Source: Chrysomallon squamiferum
Lineage: Eukaryota; Animalia; Mollusca
NCBI GenBank assembly: GCA_012295275.1
Contig: CM022679.1
Coordinates: 10,974,001-11,038,000, forward strand
Reading direction: 5' to 3'
DNA length: 64,000 bases
The position numbers were made by a program, and so were the translations under genes. Positions 13,103 to 27,266 of this stretch are shown piece after piece. The notes below the pieces were generated by a model that saw only the letters and a program-made list of their open reading frames with translations, had not been told where the DNA came from and searched no databases. Numbering within the stretch: position 1 is the stretch's first letter; each line of letters begins with the position of its first letter.

Positions 13103-16100
13103 TTCTGTTCAAAAACAGCAAACATTAAAGGTAAAACTAACGTTACAGATGTTTTGATGGTAAAGGAAAACATTAGTGGTAAAATTATTGATTTTGATTG
13201 TGATAGATGTTAGGTTGTTTTGGAATTGTATATATTTAGATTTCGTTCAGTTTTTTTTGTATTTTTGGGGGGAGATTTGGGGGGGTGTATGTTGATGTTT
13301 TTTGTCTTGCCCATTTTTTTTATTTTTTAATTTTTTTATTTTTTTATAACTAATTTTGATGTTGCTTTTGTGTTGCTATGTTTTGATTTTATGTATTTAA
13401 TTCATTATTTGTATTTTTTATGTTTTGGGGGAGTATTTCTTTTTATTTTATGATATAGTGTTATCTTGTATTTATATATATTGAGCAAACATTTTTTTAT
13501 ACTTATTCTTATTTTATTTTTATTTATTTTATGTATATTATTGCTATTGATGTTGATGTGATGTACAGGAATTTGAGGCACTATTTGGTTTTCACTGTTG
13601 CTGGAAATTATTTGTTTTGTTTTTAATGTTTGTTAGTTATGTTGTTTTTTCTTTTCTTTTGTTTTTTTCTTTTTTAACATTTTTTCTTGTTGTTTGTTTT
13701 GTTTCTTTCCTGTGTTTATTTATAAACCTGATACTGTTTTTTTTTATGTTTTGTGGGTTTTTTTCAAACCTAATTTCTACTTTATTCATAAAAAATACAT
13801 CTCTAAAACCATTAAAATTTAATGTTTTTATATTTTATTTTCAGGTTGTTAATATGCTGTACATTTGGTTGCTGGTATTGAAATGGGTTCAGGAAAAACT
13901 TTTATTAATTTTTAAGACTGAAATTTGGTGATGGCCAATGAGTGTGATACAATAATTCTCCTGGTGTATGTTTTACCTAATATATTTATAACACAGTGTA
14001 AATATCATGTAGTTGTGTCTGTACATAATTCACATTTCCCTGTTACAGATATACAGCACTGATTAATTTTGAAAATATTAGATAGTTTTTCTTCATAAAC
14101 AGTGTTATTATAATTATAATCATTATTATTATAATTATTATTATTATTACCATTTTCATTTTTATTAATATTATTATTATTGTTGTTATTATTAATGATA
14201 CATTTATATGTATCATATGTCTACCTCTAATTTGACAACTTAGAAAACAGATTTTGTTTTCTTAAATTTTACTTAATATCAGTTGCCATTCAGAATTCTT
14301 TTAAATCAGTTCTTTTTTTTTTTTTTTTTTTTTTGTCATTAAAATACATTCATAATTTGGTAACCATTTAAAAGTGAGACAGAGATCCATTAAACCAGAT
14401 CCATTCTACAATCCATCTCACAAGATTTCTTTCTTTCTTTCTGATCTATCCAGTCATCCTCAGCTGATATCCACCAAAAGAAATTTAATTCCATGTATTA
14501 CAATTTTTTTTTTTAATTCTATATGATATATCTACCATCTTTTAAAGTTTATAAAAAAAAATCCGTTGATATTAATCCGTAGGAGTAACCAAAGGGGCTT
14601 ATGTTGGGAGTAGGCTTCTTTAAATTATGGACAAAGGAAATTACACTTTATTTTTTTTGTAGGAAAAGTAGTAAAATTCTTCTATGTGAACTTTTACAAA
14701 GATGAGAAAATGCATGCATGTGCAGAGGTTAACACTGAAGATTCTTTGCAGCCTGAGTAAAGAAGTAACCCTAAATGTTTCTGCCAAAAGATTTATTTTA
14801 GGATGGTGCATAAAGAATTATTATTATCACTGACTGTTTTACATGAAGCTTCAAAAAAAAAAAATTGAAAAGTATTCCTCAAGTCTTCCTCAGTTTAAAT
14901 GTTCAAAACGAATTTACCCCAAGATAGAAAGAGACATATTTACAACATTCCAAGAATTAGAACATCATTTGTATATTTCAGTATGCATTACATTTTTCTT
15001 TTTTCATTTTATGTATTTGTTTATTTTTGGTTTTTACTAAACTGTATATCATTCACACAACTTGCAGGGTATGTAGTAATTTAATGTATGTGTGTTTTTA
15101 TATATATATATATATATATATACATGTACTCTGATACATGTTTTTATTATTTTATTATCAGTAAATGTCTGACAACAGTCTGAGGAACAGTGTATAAATG
15201 TATGTATGTATGTATGTTTGTATGTCATTCAATGTGCACATTTTTGTCAAAATATACAGACATGCTCATATATGTAAAAAAAAAACTGAAAATTGGCCAG
15301 TGGTGAATGTATAAGAAAATTATATTGTTTTAAACCAACATTCAGTTCAGTTTATTATTTTTGTTTTTTATATTTTTTGTTTTATATATGTATATATATT
15401 TTTTATTTCATTATTTTTTTAAATTTTAAGTATGTGTCTCATATAGGTCGTATTGTCTTGCCATATAACTATTTATTTTCACAGTAATGGGTTTTTTTTT
15501 TTCCTTTTCTTTTTTTTTTCTTTTTTTATTTTGTTTTGATTTTTATTTTTTTTTTTGGGGAGGAGGTATAAATTAAAATCATTACGTTCAATATTATTAA
15601 TGTTTTAAATTTATTACATTCATGCAAATATTTATTGTGTCATCACTCATATTGAGTAAATTGCAAAAGTAAAATTCGACATTATTGCAACAAGGAATCA
15701 GTGATCATGACAAATCCTCAATTACAAATAAATTGTTATACTAACTACTTAATTTACTTAACATCTTTATGATTTTGGTCACTCAACAATTAAAATAAAA
15801 TAATAAAAGATACCTTAAATGTTGATGACAGAATATTTTAAAACATATTTCCATACCTAACAAAATTTGTGTTATGTTATATTATGCTAAGTAAAAAAGA
15901 AAAAAAGAAATATTTCCTCCTTCTTCTTCTTCATATTATTTAATTATTAAAATACAGCATTTTGATAAAAAAAAATTTAATTTTTTTTTATGTTACGGTG
16001 ATTATAGCATGCAGTAGTAGCATGTATTAATATATATATAGTTATTTATAATAAAATATTAATCTAATTATTCTTTTTTTTAAATTTACTATTTATGATA

Positions 16101-17783
16101 AAATATTAATTTTATTGTTAAAAATTTTACAAATAATATTACTAATTAGTATTTGCAGTCAAAGCAAGCTGTATGTTTTAACATTTTGTTTTTAGATAAT
16201 AAATAATATTTTTAATATAATTCTCTTTTCTTTTTTCTTTTTTTTCTATTTTTTTCTTTTTGTTTTTAAATTTTTTATTTTAACAGATAATAATTTTGCT
16301 TTCCTGATCTCAGTATTAAACCTGGCATTTTTAAATGCAATATATGTGTGTAACTGAGACCTATTTTATCATTACTGTGTCCAGAATTGTAAAGTAAAAG
16401 TGTATTAATCCCATCAGTTACCTGAATTGTTTTTAAAATGATTTGTGCATGCTTCATCAAAAATATACATAATAAATTATTTTTAAAGTTTTAAGTGAAT
16501 TTTCTGAAATATCTATTTATAAAATGTTTAAACTTATGGCAAATATTTGAGAAGCAACTGAATGGGTGAATAATGTTTTAGAGGTAAAGCAAAATCAGCA
16601 CAAATTACATTTGTTTTTGTTATAAGGGATATGTTTTTTTGTAGGTTTCATTTTTATTGTTTTATTTATTTAGAATGTTATTTCCTCTTTTTTTTTTGAC
16701 ACTACTTAAACGTTTATGTTAGAATATTAAATTTTCAGATTTATATAACTTGTCGTGTTTTGAATAAATTTTGAGTGAATTTCTTTAATTTTTATTTACA
16801 TTTTATTTTTCTTATACATATACATCTCACCTCAACTGAACCCAAATAAATCAAAACTTAAATGTCACATTCCATACATTTTAAATAGTTCCAAAAATAT
16901 ATTAATATTTTTAAAAATAATATTTATGTTTATGTAGCATGTTTTATAGTCTGCTGAGGCTTCTCTATGAATATTTTGATGGTTTTATGTATTTTTTTTT
17001 TTTTTCGTTTTATTATTCATTTATTATTTTATAATTTAAATATTAGAAAAATACAGATAAACATACATTCATATTTCCTAGCATTTTCTTTATTAATTGA
17101 ATTTTTTGTTTTTATTTACTTTTTTATTTATAGTAGTGTATGTTTATAGATCATGAATATGTAAAATGGACTTGCATACTAATTCATAAAGCATTTTAAA
17201 AACACACAGTAACACAAAAGCACACACACATACATTTAAAAAACATATACACACACACAAGCATGCAGATACACATGCACACAGAGACACACACACAATT
17301 ATACACATGCACATGTATGTATAATTTAATTATTATATGTACTGTTAACATCTATTTTTATGTATTAGTTTCTTTATATAATTAATAAATTTCCGTGTAT
17401 ACATTCCAGCTAAGTTTTTCATTGTTACAGAATATCCTTTAGGATTACTAAAACATCCAAATCTGAATAAACTATTTAATATGTAAATTGTAATTTATCA
17501 TGGGATCCTTTTTATGTTGTTTCTAATCTCCTGTGAATGATAACTAGGATTTTAATAGCTTCTTTTTTTTCTATATTAAAACATAGACATATAATTAAAA
17601 AATAAGGTTATTCGATTTCAGTAATATTATTTAATAGCAGTCACATCAGTTTTATTATTTATCAGGTGACACAATGCAAACAGTTAGTAACTAAAGACTT
17701 TTATTATTCTTTTTTTTTTTTTTTTTTTTCACATTTTTAATTTTCTGTCCTCGTCCTCATTTTTATTTTTATTATCATTATTG

Positions 17784-17825
<42 letters not shown>

Positions 17826-19083
17826 GACTTCTTTAAACATTTTTCTTTTCTCATTTGAGAAGCTCCAGAAATGATAGGATTTTATGATGTTTTAATATTT
17901 ATTTTTGTACAAATTATAACTAGTTAATAAAAAAACAAAATAATGTTTATTTTGACAACAACTCTTAACATTAAAAAAGAATGTTTTGTCTGTTGGCACC
18001 TTAATTTAAGTGCCTTTGTTATATTCAGTTTCCATCACTTGTACTTATGTTCATGTATCCCAAATGCCTGAAAAAAAAACGAAAAAAAAAACGAACACCA
18101 TAAGATAATAAAATTTAAAATTATGGTTGACGTTATTGTTATAGTTCAGTATTACATATAAATACTGTTTAAAACAGAAATCTGTGAGGTTACGTTTGGC
18201 AAATCTAGTGATTCAGTACAGTAGCATTTATGAACCATCCTAGCAGCTCTAACCATTCATCACTGAAACAAGTTTTTTTTTTTACTGCTGCCATTTTAAT
18301 ACAGCATCTTTAATTATCTTACACTGAGGCTCTAGTGATCCAGTTTGGCAGCTTCAGCAATTCAGTCAAATATTTTTTTTATTAAAGATATAATTACCTC
18401 AGTAAGCCACTCCACAAACACACAAATGGAAACAAAAAATATATATATTATTCACTGCATGAAAAAAATAAGAGAAAAAAAAAATATATCAATTCATTTA
18501 ATTTTTATTTTCTTTATATTTTTATATTTATCTTATTTTTATTTTCTTGGCCCTATTCAGAGGTTGATATATGCTGAATAATTCATGGTCCCCAGAAAAA
18601 AAAAAAATTAAAATTAAAATTAAAATAACCATAACTAAAGAAAATGATTAACTGGTAAAATGCATTTTATACCTGGTGAAAATCTATAATGACACATTAA
18701 GCAGGTTTTAAGTTAAATTCTAATGTGTCTGACAGTTTGTCCATTGGCATTTCATTGGTTAAAAATATTATGTTGAAGTATTTGATTTTTCTTCTTTTCT
18801 TTTTTTTTTTTTTTTTTTTTTTTGGGGGGGGGATTTCTAGCTGGGTGATCTTATTTCACCCATTTAAGGTTGAAAACTAAATTCAGTTCCAATAATTTGT
18901 TCTTTATTTGGTTTTTAAATTTTTTTAACATTTTATTTAAATTTTTTTTTAATTTTTTTATATTTTTTAAATTATTTTTATGTTTTATTTTTCACATTCT
19001 TTATATTTATTTTAATGTATGATAAGAAAATAATCCTTGTAACATGATTCAATGTTTCTCTCACCCTGTATTTTGTTTGTTTG

Positions 19084-19130
<47 letters not shown>

Positions 19131-19404
19131 GTTTAGTTATTTCTAACTCTTCTCTGTTCTTATTTTTATTTTTATTTTTTTTTTTTTTTATAATTCTTTT
19201 TTCAATTTAATTTTCTTCTGAATGTCGAGTGAATAACAAAGATGAGAGCAAAAATGGTGCATTGTTAGCATTTTTGTCTTTTGTACTGAAATAGAAGAAG
19301 GTACATCAGCACTTGCTGTGGCTTTCAAATCATCAACTTTCATCACAGTAATGTGCTAACCCACTCAGGTGAAATGAGGAGACTGTGTAACAGGTTTATT
19401 GTTT

Positions 19405-19475
19405 AGTGCAGCAGTTTTTAAATTGTGGTACATGCACCCATGGAGGTACGTGAGTATTCACATAGGGGGTAAAAC
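19405..19475 (+). mobile_element. Possible decayed hAT/Charlie-type DNA transposon terminus
   Basis: cagcagtttttaaattgtggtacatgcacccatggaggtacgtgag...gggggta resembles the recalled CAGTGGTTCTCAA-GGGGTAC-GTACCCC subterminal pattern. The partner end is uncertain (perhaps 19945-19995). Confidence 0.4.
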
Positions 19476-20168
19476 GAGCAAAATTAAAAATGGAAAAAAG
19501 TAAAAACAATATTTGTACAGAAGTCCACTCAAAGAATGATAAATCATCCTCATTTAACCTTCAGAAAACTTTTTTTTCTATTTTTATTACTTTTTTTTAT
19601 TTTTTTATTTTTTTAATTATAATTTTGCATTAGTAATAATGACATATCAGTATATATGCTGTGTGTTTTTAAAGAAACTTTTCTGTGTCTAAGAGTATAA
19701 TATGTGTCACTTCTCTCAGGCTTTATGGTCGTTAAAAAAATAATAATAATAAAAAATCATTTTTGGCAGATACTAAAAAGGATGTAAAATATAAATGTAA
19801 AATTCTGGTTGGAATAAAAATAGCTTATATTAGTAATTAACTATATTTTAAACCATATTGTGTACATTAACAACACCAATAATAATAATCTGTTTAAAAT
19901 GATGTTAACATATATATGTGACATACCTGTTCAGATGTCTTGTTAAAATGAGGTACAGAGTATTCTAGTTTCAAGTAATGAAAAGAATACTATCTAACAA
20001 AGAAATAAACTATGAAATAACATTGTTTTTTTTTTTTTTTAATTTAGAAAGTGAACAATGCCAAAACCTTAAAGCATTTTAGATAATAAATGCAGATTTC
20101 TCTTATTGTTTTCTCATGTTGTATGTGTGCATCTGCCAAACAGCCTGCAATAAAGCACAATTATATCA

Positions 20169-20223
20169 GTTAACCAGGACTGGTTGGAATGAGAAACAAA
20201 CCACTTAGAGGAATCGATCCTAA
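20169..20223 (-). mobile_element. SINE 5'/core fragment
   Basis: Reverse complement taggatcgattcc...tttctcattccaaccagtcc parallels 62065-62118 (taggatcaattc...ttcctggtttcagctagtg) and about 34049-34088. Confidence 0.55.
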
Positions 20224-20240
20224 ATTGTTTTACTTACAGA

Positions 20241-20281
<41 letters not shown>

Positions 20282-20689
20282 TTTTTCAACCTATATAATT
20301 ATTAATTAAATTTAAACTAAACGAAAGTTGGATAGAACATTATTTCAGAATATATGGAAATTTTCCTATCGACATAGGTTGGCCTTTCACACAGACACAT
20401 TCTTCAGTGACTTCTTTTACCTCACCACCACCCTCAGACAGTTTTTTACTACACGTAGGCATACTTAAGTATCAGTTAAAACTGTAAACTAGTGAATGTC
20501 CCCCGTTACATTCTGTTCACAGTGTATACGTAGCCGTCAGCAAAGTCGCAGTTTTGTTCTAAAAATATGTGACCCACAGCCTGCTCGAGATAGTTTATTT
20601 ACTTGAAATAAATGTAAAATTTGTCCTTCACGGTTACGGGTGGGCAACAACCTAAAGCTTGAGATCTTGTCTGTTTAGAAAACCGTGAG

Positions 20690-21166
20690 AAAATAGGCGT
20701 GCCCGAGTCATATCGCACTTCTTTAACGTTTAAGTGGGGTCTTTATCTTTAAATGACTGAGGTCTTCGTTTCGCCGCAAGATGGCGGAGGTCGAGACTCT
20801 TATCGACATTTTTTTTTTTTTTATACCTTCCTTAGAATTACCGATTAATAGACCTGCTATGAATGGTAGACCGTAAAATTACAAGTATTCTCCGTGTTTA
20901 ACACTTCAAAGAAACAGCTCGGTTTTTGTAAGGGTTTAATATCTGCTACGGTACGGGCCGCGTTATGTTTTGTGCGTTTTGACGTCACGCGGTCATTCAT
21001 AAAGAAAACCAATTAACCGTTTCAGTTAGGAACCTGCATGTCTCACCTGTAGCTGAATGAGATAAAACAATTTTAACATCACATATATTTGCTGCAGTTT
21101 AAATCGTTTTCGCGTGCAGAGTTGTCAAACTGTTGAATTACGTCATCGGCGAAGTTAAACTTAAAG
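20690..21166 (+). promoter_or_regulatory. CpG-rich promoter-like region with candidate non-coding first exon
   Basis: YY1-type CAAGATGGCGG 20777-20787, CRE TGACGTCA 20980-20987, TTACGTCA about 21138, and donor AAG|gtgagc after 21166. Confidence 0.55.
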
Positions 21167-21432
21167 GTGAGCTTCTGACAGTTGTTTTCTTCAAACACCT
21201 GATGAAAAAAACAACCAATAATATTAAGCAAGTCGTATCTCAAGGTACGCATTCCAGGAGTCTCCGTCCAAGAGTTAATATTATTATATTACTGTAGTTA
21301 GAAGAGTCTTTGTTGGCATCTTTCATGATCCCAATCAGCTGAAGTCTGAGGTAGATTCTTGAATCTAAAATTCTTAAAGTGTGTGTTTTAACCGTAGCAA
21401 GTCACCATTAGAAAAACTATAAATAATAATCA

Positions 21433-21473
<41 letters not shown>

Positions 21474-23176
21474 ACACTAGATCTAGCATTCTCGTGTAAC
21501 TGCAATTTACTAATCTGTATAAAATATACTTAAAACAAACAAATGTATATGCTAAAAGGAAAACTAGCTCTGAAACTAAAGTTTGAAGAGATATCCTATA
21601 AATATCTAAAAAAAAACTGGTGCCTAATTTTTAACTGAATGAAATGCATGTGATGACAAAACGGTGAATTCTTACAAAGTGAATAGATTTGATTGATTTT
21701 TAAGGAATCTTGCCCAAGCTTGTGCACGTTTTATTCCAGACTTATTACAGAGTTCGATTTTTATTTAGATATAACAGTGAAATAGGTGTGTTACGTCAAT
21801 GAATGAATTTCTATATGAATGAATGTTTTTAAAAAGATTATTAACAATAACAAAAAGAATAAAAGAAGAGAAAATTTATCGTCAGGACATTTAATTTGAT
21901 ACAGATAAAAATTACTCCAAACAGTTACACATTGTAAAAGAACCATTATATTGCCACAAGTTTGTTATTTGTTATTAGAACAGATTAGTTGCAATATAAA
22001 AACAAACAAACCTCTGTTCTGTATCTATTTAGTGTTTTTGAGAATTAAAAGTATATAGAGTAACCTTGTATTTGTAAAGTATAGCAGTCTATCTTGAGAC
22101 TTCACGTCGATTCTAATCTGTCTTACCTTGAGAATCTGCTATGAATACGCTGTACTGTTAGCCACTAACACAAAAAGTAATATCTGATTGATCATGAATT
22201 CCCTGTAGCAACACAGGTAAACGTATATAATTCCAAGAAAAGATCTGATTAAATTCTATTTGTATAACAACATACAGACAAATATACACATCTATAGAAA
22301 TATACACACACATACATACATACATACATACATAATACGTACAGAAACATTGTAGGTCGGCAATATATCACGGTGCGAAAAGTTCATTGCATTGACTCGC
22401 AATATTTGCTATTTTTGCTTAAAAGAAATCATAACTAATTAGGTAACACGGTTTCCTTCAAAAACATAAGATATGTCTGTTATTTTCTACGTCTTAAAAT
22501 AATTACAAGAAGAGACCTAAAACTGTTTACTGAAAATTACTCAGCCAGATATTAAAGGAATGTCGTTGCCGGCGGCAGCATAAAATAAACACCCTATTAA
22601 TATAAACACACACGTACTATCTTTAGACTGACAGTTTAGAAACAGATTACGTTTAATTAATATATCTTCAAAATTTATCTTGTTTCTTCAGTTTTCTTTT
22701 ATCTGTAGAAATATATTATTTGCACCAGCGATCAGACAGCCTGAGAAGAAATACCGACACAGACGTAGGTATGTATATATACACATACAAACACACACAC
22801 ACACATATACACACACATATATATACATACATACACACACACACACACATACATACATACTTACACACACACACATACAAATACATACATACAAACACAC
22901 ATTCCTACAGACATACTATATAATGTTCAGAACCACACATAGGTTCTCTATCTCCACACACGCACACGCACGCACGCACACACACAAATACATACACACA
23001 TACATCATTAACAAGTGAACTACAACTACCGCACGTACATAATTTATATACAAAACTGTATAATCTAATTTTTCAGGATGTGCTCCAGGTTGCTTCCTCC
23101 AGCGAATAATTCAGTTATTTAAAACTACATTAACCATTCATAAACTGTTTCTGGCTGCGTGTCCCGTGGACAGGAG

Positions 23177-23193
23177 AGTTCACTCGAAGTTCA
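23177..23193 (+). promoter_or_regulatory. DR5 nuclear-receptor element (RARE-like)
   Basis: AGTTCA-ctcga-AGTTCA matches RGKTCA(n5)RGKTCA exactly. Confidence 0.45.
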
Positions 23194-23850
23194 CTGTAGC
23201 GTGAACATACGTAACAGGTTCCACGCCGTCACTAAGTGATGTGATTTGATTGCCTTAAACTCGTTGTGATCTTTCCTACGAAACATGAATAAAGTGTCAA
23301 ATTCAGGTACGCCAATTTTCACTCGGTGAATATAAACATATTTTGACAGTGTCGGTTAAAATGGACTGGAATTTCATGTGGCATATATTTTTATATGATT
23401 TTTGAAGACTAGCTTTGGTACATTTCAGATGTAGATCGATATAATTATTAAATCAGGATATCGATGGTTTGTATGTAGGTTATCTCTTGGATCGAAAAAT
23501 AAAATTATTTATCCTCTCCTGACAATACTAAATTATTTTATATTTATTATTTTATTTTTCTTTATGAATATTAGAATTAATTTTTTTAAAACTTGGACCT
23601 ATAAAATACGGTAGTAATATTTATATACGAGTAGACATTTGTGTTAAGGCCATATAGTAAAGCTGTCCATTGACATTGTTTGCTGACATTTTGCCTGCAC
23701 CTTTACCAATCACATTAACTGGATGACACATTAAATTACTTAAGAGTTACAGTGGAATACGATTTCAAAACAACAGATATATTTAGAACTGCTACTACTC
23801 ATTTTAATGTTAGCAGTTATCTTTTTTGTTGTTGCAATATTATACTACGA

Positions 23851-23918
23851 AAGAGAAAATCCCCTGCTGTTATTCTAAGGGCTGCTGTTATCTATTATAA
23901 ACATGGGATCTTTAGTGT
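23851..23918 (-). mobile_element. Degraded SINE core fragment
   Basis: Reverse complement contains aaagatcccatg...agccc...cagcagggga-ttttctc, parallel to the + strand copies at about 34167 and 62924. Confidence 0.5.
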
Positions 23919-24629
23919 TTGAAACAAAAATAAAAGAAGACTTTTATAAACTAGTCGGTTTGGCATTCGTAGAAACAGCAATTGGCTTGAAAGAAATAGC
24001 CATGGTGATTCAGTTTAACAAGACGAGAAGGAAAGAGAGAGAAAGAAAGAGGCAATGAGAAAAGAGATATATAGAATGAGAGAGTAAAAAGAGACAAGAG
24101 ACGAGGAGAATGAAAGAGTGAGAGGGGGATGGGGTGAAGGGCAAAATAGCCAGACGTCATTATTACGTATAATCAAATTCGTGTCATATCTATTGTCTAA
24201 TACAGACAGCGTATTTTAAAAATCAAATTTATACATCGTGTCCTTTTAATTTACAAACATGAACTCCTGCAGGTCAAGTGTCAAGCCAGACGGATGTCAT
24301 GCAAAATAATTTGTTTACGAAAAGGTTTATGATTGACAGCCGTACTTTGAACCTCTTTAGCAAGATGTAAATGACCATACAATGGGATGATATTACTCAC
24401 AGCTATTTTTTTTTTTTTTAATTCAGGGCACGTCAGCAGTTTTTACGAGACACCCAAATACAGACACAGAGACAGACAGACAGACAGACAGACACATCAC
24501 ACATACTCATACACAGCAAGAGAAAAGAAACTTATGCAAAATAAGAAAAATAAAAGATAAAATTTTATAAGAATGTATGCCTTTCGACAATGTGGTCAGC
24601 CCAAATGAAAACAATACTGAAATATGAGA

Positions 24630-24671
<42 letters not shown>

Positions 24672-25758
24672 CAATAGTAGTAGTAGCAACAATAGTTGTA
24701 GCAGTAGTAACATTAATAATAATAATATAAAAATATGGAGAGAGAATGGATGTATACATGGAAAGAAATATATCACAGTAGCTATATAGGCCTAACAAGT
24801 GGATATATTTAAAAATTATCTTCTTCTGTAATTCTGTGAAAAGTTGCATTGGCGCACTGAAATGTTGATTGGCAGGACGCTTGACAATTACTAGTATTTT
24901 GTAAACATAAACATTGCAGGTGCAACGGAAGTGAGAAACGATTTCAGGGGCTCATACATTTTGAACTGTACACACCGGATGTGCATTGATAAGAAAGAAA
25001 AACCCCACAAAAGTCTACGCTATTCTGTCTGGGTATCTGATCTTGTCGTAAACCTCGTACACAAAACTACATTAATTTCTGTTTTGATTGTTCTCTGACT
25101 TTCTGAATCGTCCATTGATAATTTCGTTTTCTTCTCCTTTTTTGTTTTTTCCCCCTGCTTTTTATTTATACTTATTTTCTTTATTTCTGTTCATTTGCTC
25201 CTTCAGCAAAACTGAGAAATAAATAATAAATACAAATATTTTTTTTGAAATTTTTATAAATAGTTTTTAATGGAGGCTTTCTATTAAGCAAAACGTGAAT
25301 GGATATCTTACATTCTCTTTAACTGTCGATGATAAATATTAAAATAACGTGCGAAAAATTGGCATGTACACTACATACACAAGAAATGATTAATTACATT
25401 GTACGGGATGATTATTAATAACGAGAATGTGTTTATGATAGTCCTAAACATAACTGCCCACAACATCCTTCGCTTTAAAATTGCATTAAAATAACAGGCT
25501 TCGTAGTAGCAGTGGTGGTAACAGTAGTAGCAATTGCAGCTGTAGTTGTAGTTGTAGTTGTAATTATAGCTGAAATACATACATAATTATATAGATATAT
25601 TCTTAGATACAAAGCCTTCATAGATTGGTGTGTTCAATGTATTTATAAAATGTTTCATAATAATTACGTGATTCCTTGCCCCACATGAAATTTGTAAATT
25701 TATAGTTAATATTCATTTTGAATTTCCACAAGATTGTCAAGATGACGATGACGACGAC

Positions 25759-25791
<33 letters not shown>

Positions 25792-26196
25792 AATAATGTT
25801 CGTGACAACAGTTCATTAACATCACGGGCAGACTCACTTACGAATTAACACCCACTATTTGCACTGGTTTAACCATGGAACAGTGCATAACATTTCATGA
25901 TATGATAGATTATCACTGTTTAATTAATAAATTAAATTCTATGATCGGGGCGCATTATAGGTCCAAGGTTATTTGAGGGACAAGTATTTTTGTTTGCAAG
26001 GTGAATGTTGTGTTCAGATAATGACATCAACTAATATTACATGTGATGATAAATGTCTTTGTGAATAACCTCAATTAAAATATTTTTCATATTTTTAAGA
26101 GGTAATTGTTTGTGAATTTTCTAGGATGCGGGGGTAGAGATTGTTTATAAATTTCGTGGAAAATTTAAAGAATTTATTGAAACAACAATAAAGTCA

Positions 26197-26200
<4 letters not shown>

Positions 26201-26266
<66 letters not shown>
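26201..26266. repeat. (CT)n microsatellite
   Basis: Direct observation. Other GA/CT runs occur at 30967-31026, 35294-35359 and 59480-59545. Confidence 0.95.
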
Positions 26267-26270
<4 letters not shown>

Positions 26271-27226
26271 TCCATATAAACACACACAAACACTAAAATG
26301 TATTCATGTAGACATACTAATAAATACATACATACACACATACACACCCTTTCATGCGTACATACAAACATACATATAAACACACACACATACATACACA
26401 CACACATGTACACATGTGTATATATATATATATAATATTCAGCTTAATTAATAAATGTTAAATATTTCATTGATCTGGTTCTTAAAATAAACCCTAACCA
26501 GTATTAACTGTCTCTATTTCTCCCACGCTTTCATTTATTAAAATTAATTATCAGTTTACAAATAAATGTCAGTGCTATCTGTGCTCTTTACTGATTCCGT
26601 TCTGTTACTATTCATTAGTATCGGTGTAGAAATATTTATGTGTTTGATTACTTTGTTCTATATCCAAGCCTATCAAGGTTTTGTAATATATTAATTTTGT
26701 AGCATAGTACTAGTTACCCTTGTTTGACACCCAATAACCAAACCGTTTTTCTTGGCTTTCTTTGTGAATATATGTAGGTGCGTGGGTGCGTGCGTATCTG
26801 TGCGTGGGTACGTGCGTATATGTGCGTGGGTGCGTGCGTATATGTGCGTGTGTGCAGGGATGTCATTAAACACGTATCTATTGATTATAGCAGGCTGTTT
26901 TTTTTTTTTTTTTTTTTTTCGAAGTTGAAAACTGAAGCAATATACGATAATTTCCGATAAGGAATGGACGATCTGCACTTTACACATAAACCCAGCCATC
27001 ATACTCTCAATGGCGCAATAACTGTTTCATCGATTTTAAAGTTAACTGAGCAAAAACATAATAATTTACGTACGTGTAAGATTTTTTTTTTCTTCTTTTC
27101 TTTTTAAAGTGAAAATGTTTATGCAGGTGGAAAAGGTGTCAATCTCCATATTTTCGACGAAAATAGATGCATTTTCTTTCATATATATTGGCCTTTATGT
27201 ATGTATGTATGTATGAATGTATCTAC

Positions 27227-27266
<40 letters not shown>

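Noticed and set aside
17999-18067. Possible minus-strand exon after a ttttttttcag acceptor
   Set aside because: All three frames contain stops.
25080-25105. ttttgattgtt resembling the 5' end of miR-315
   Set aside because: The match breaks after 11 nt and there is no convincing hairpin.
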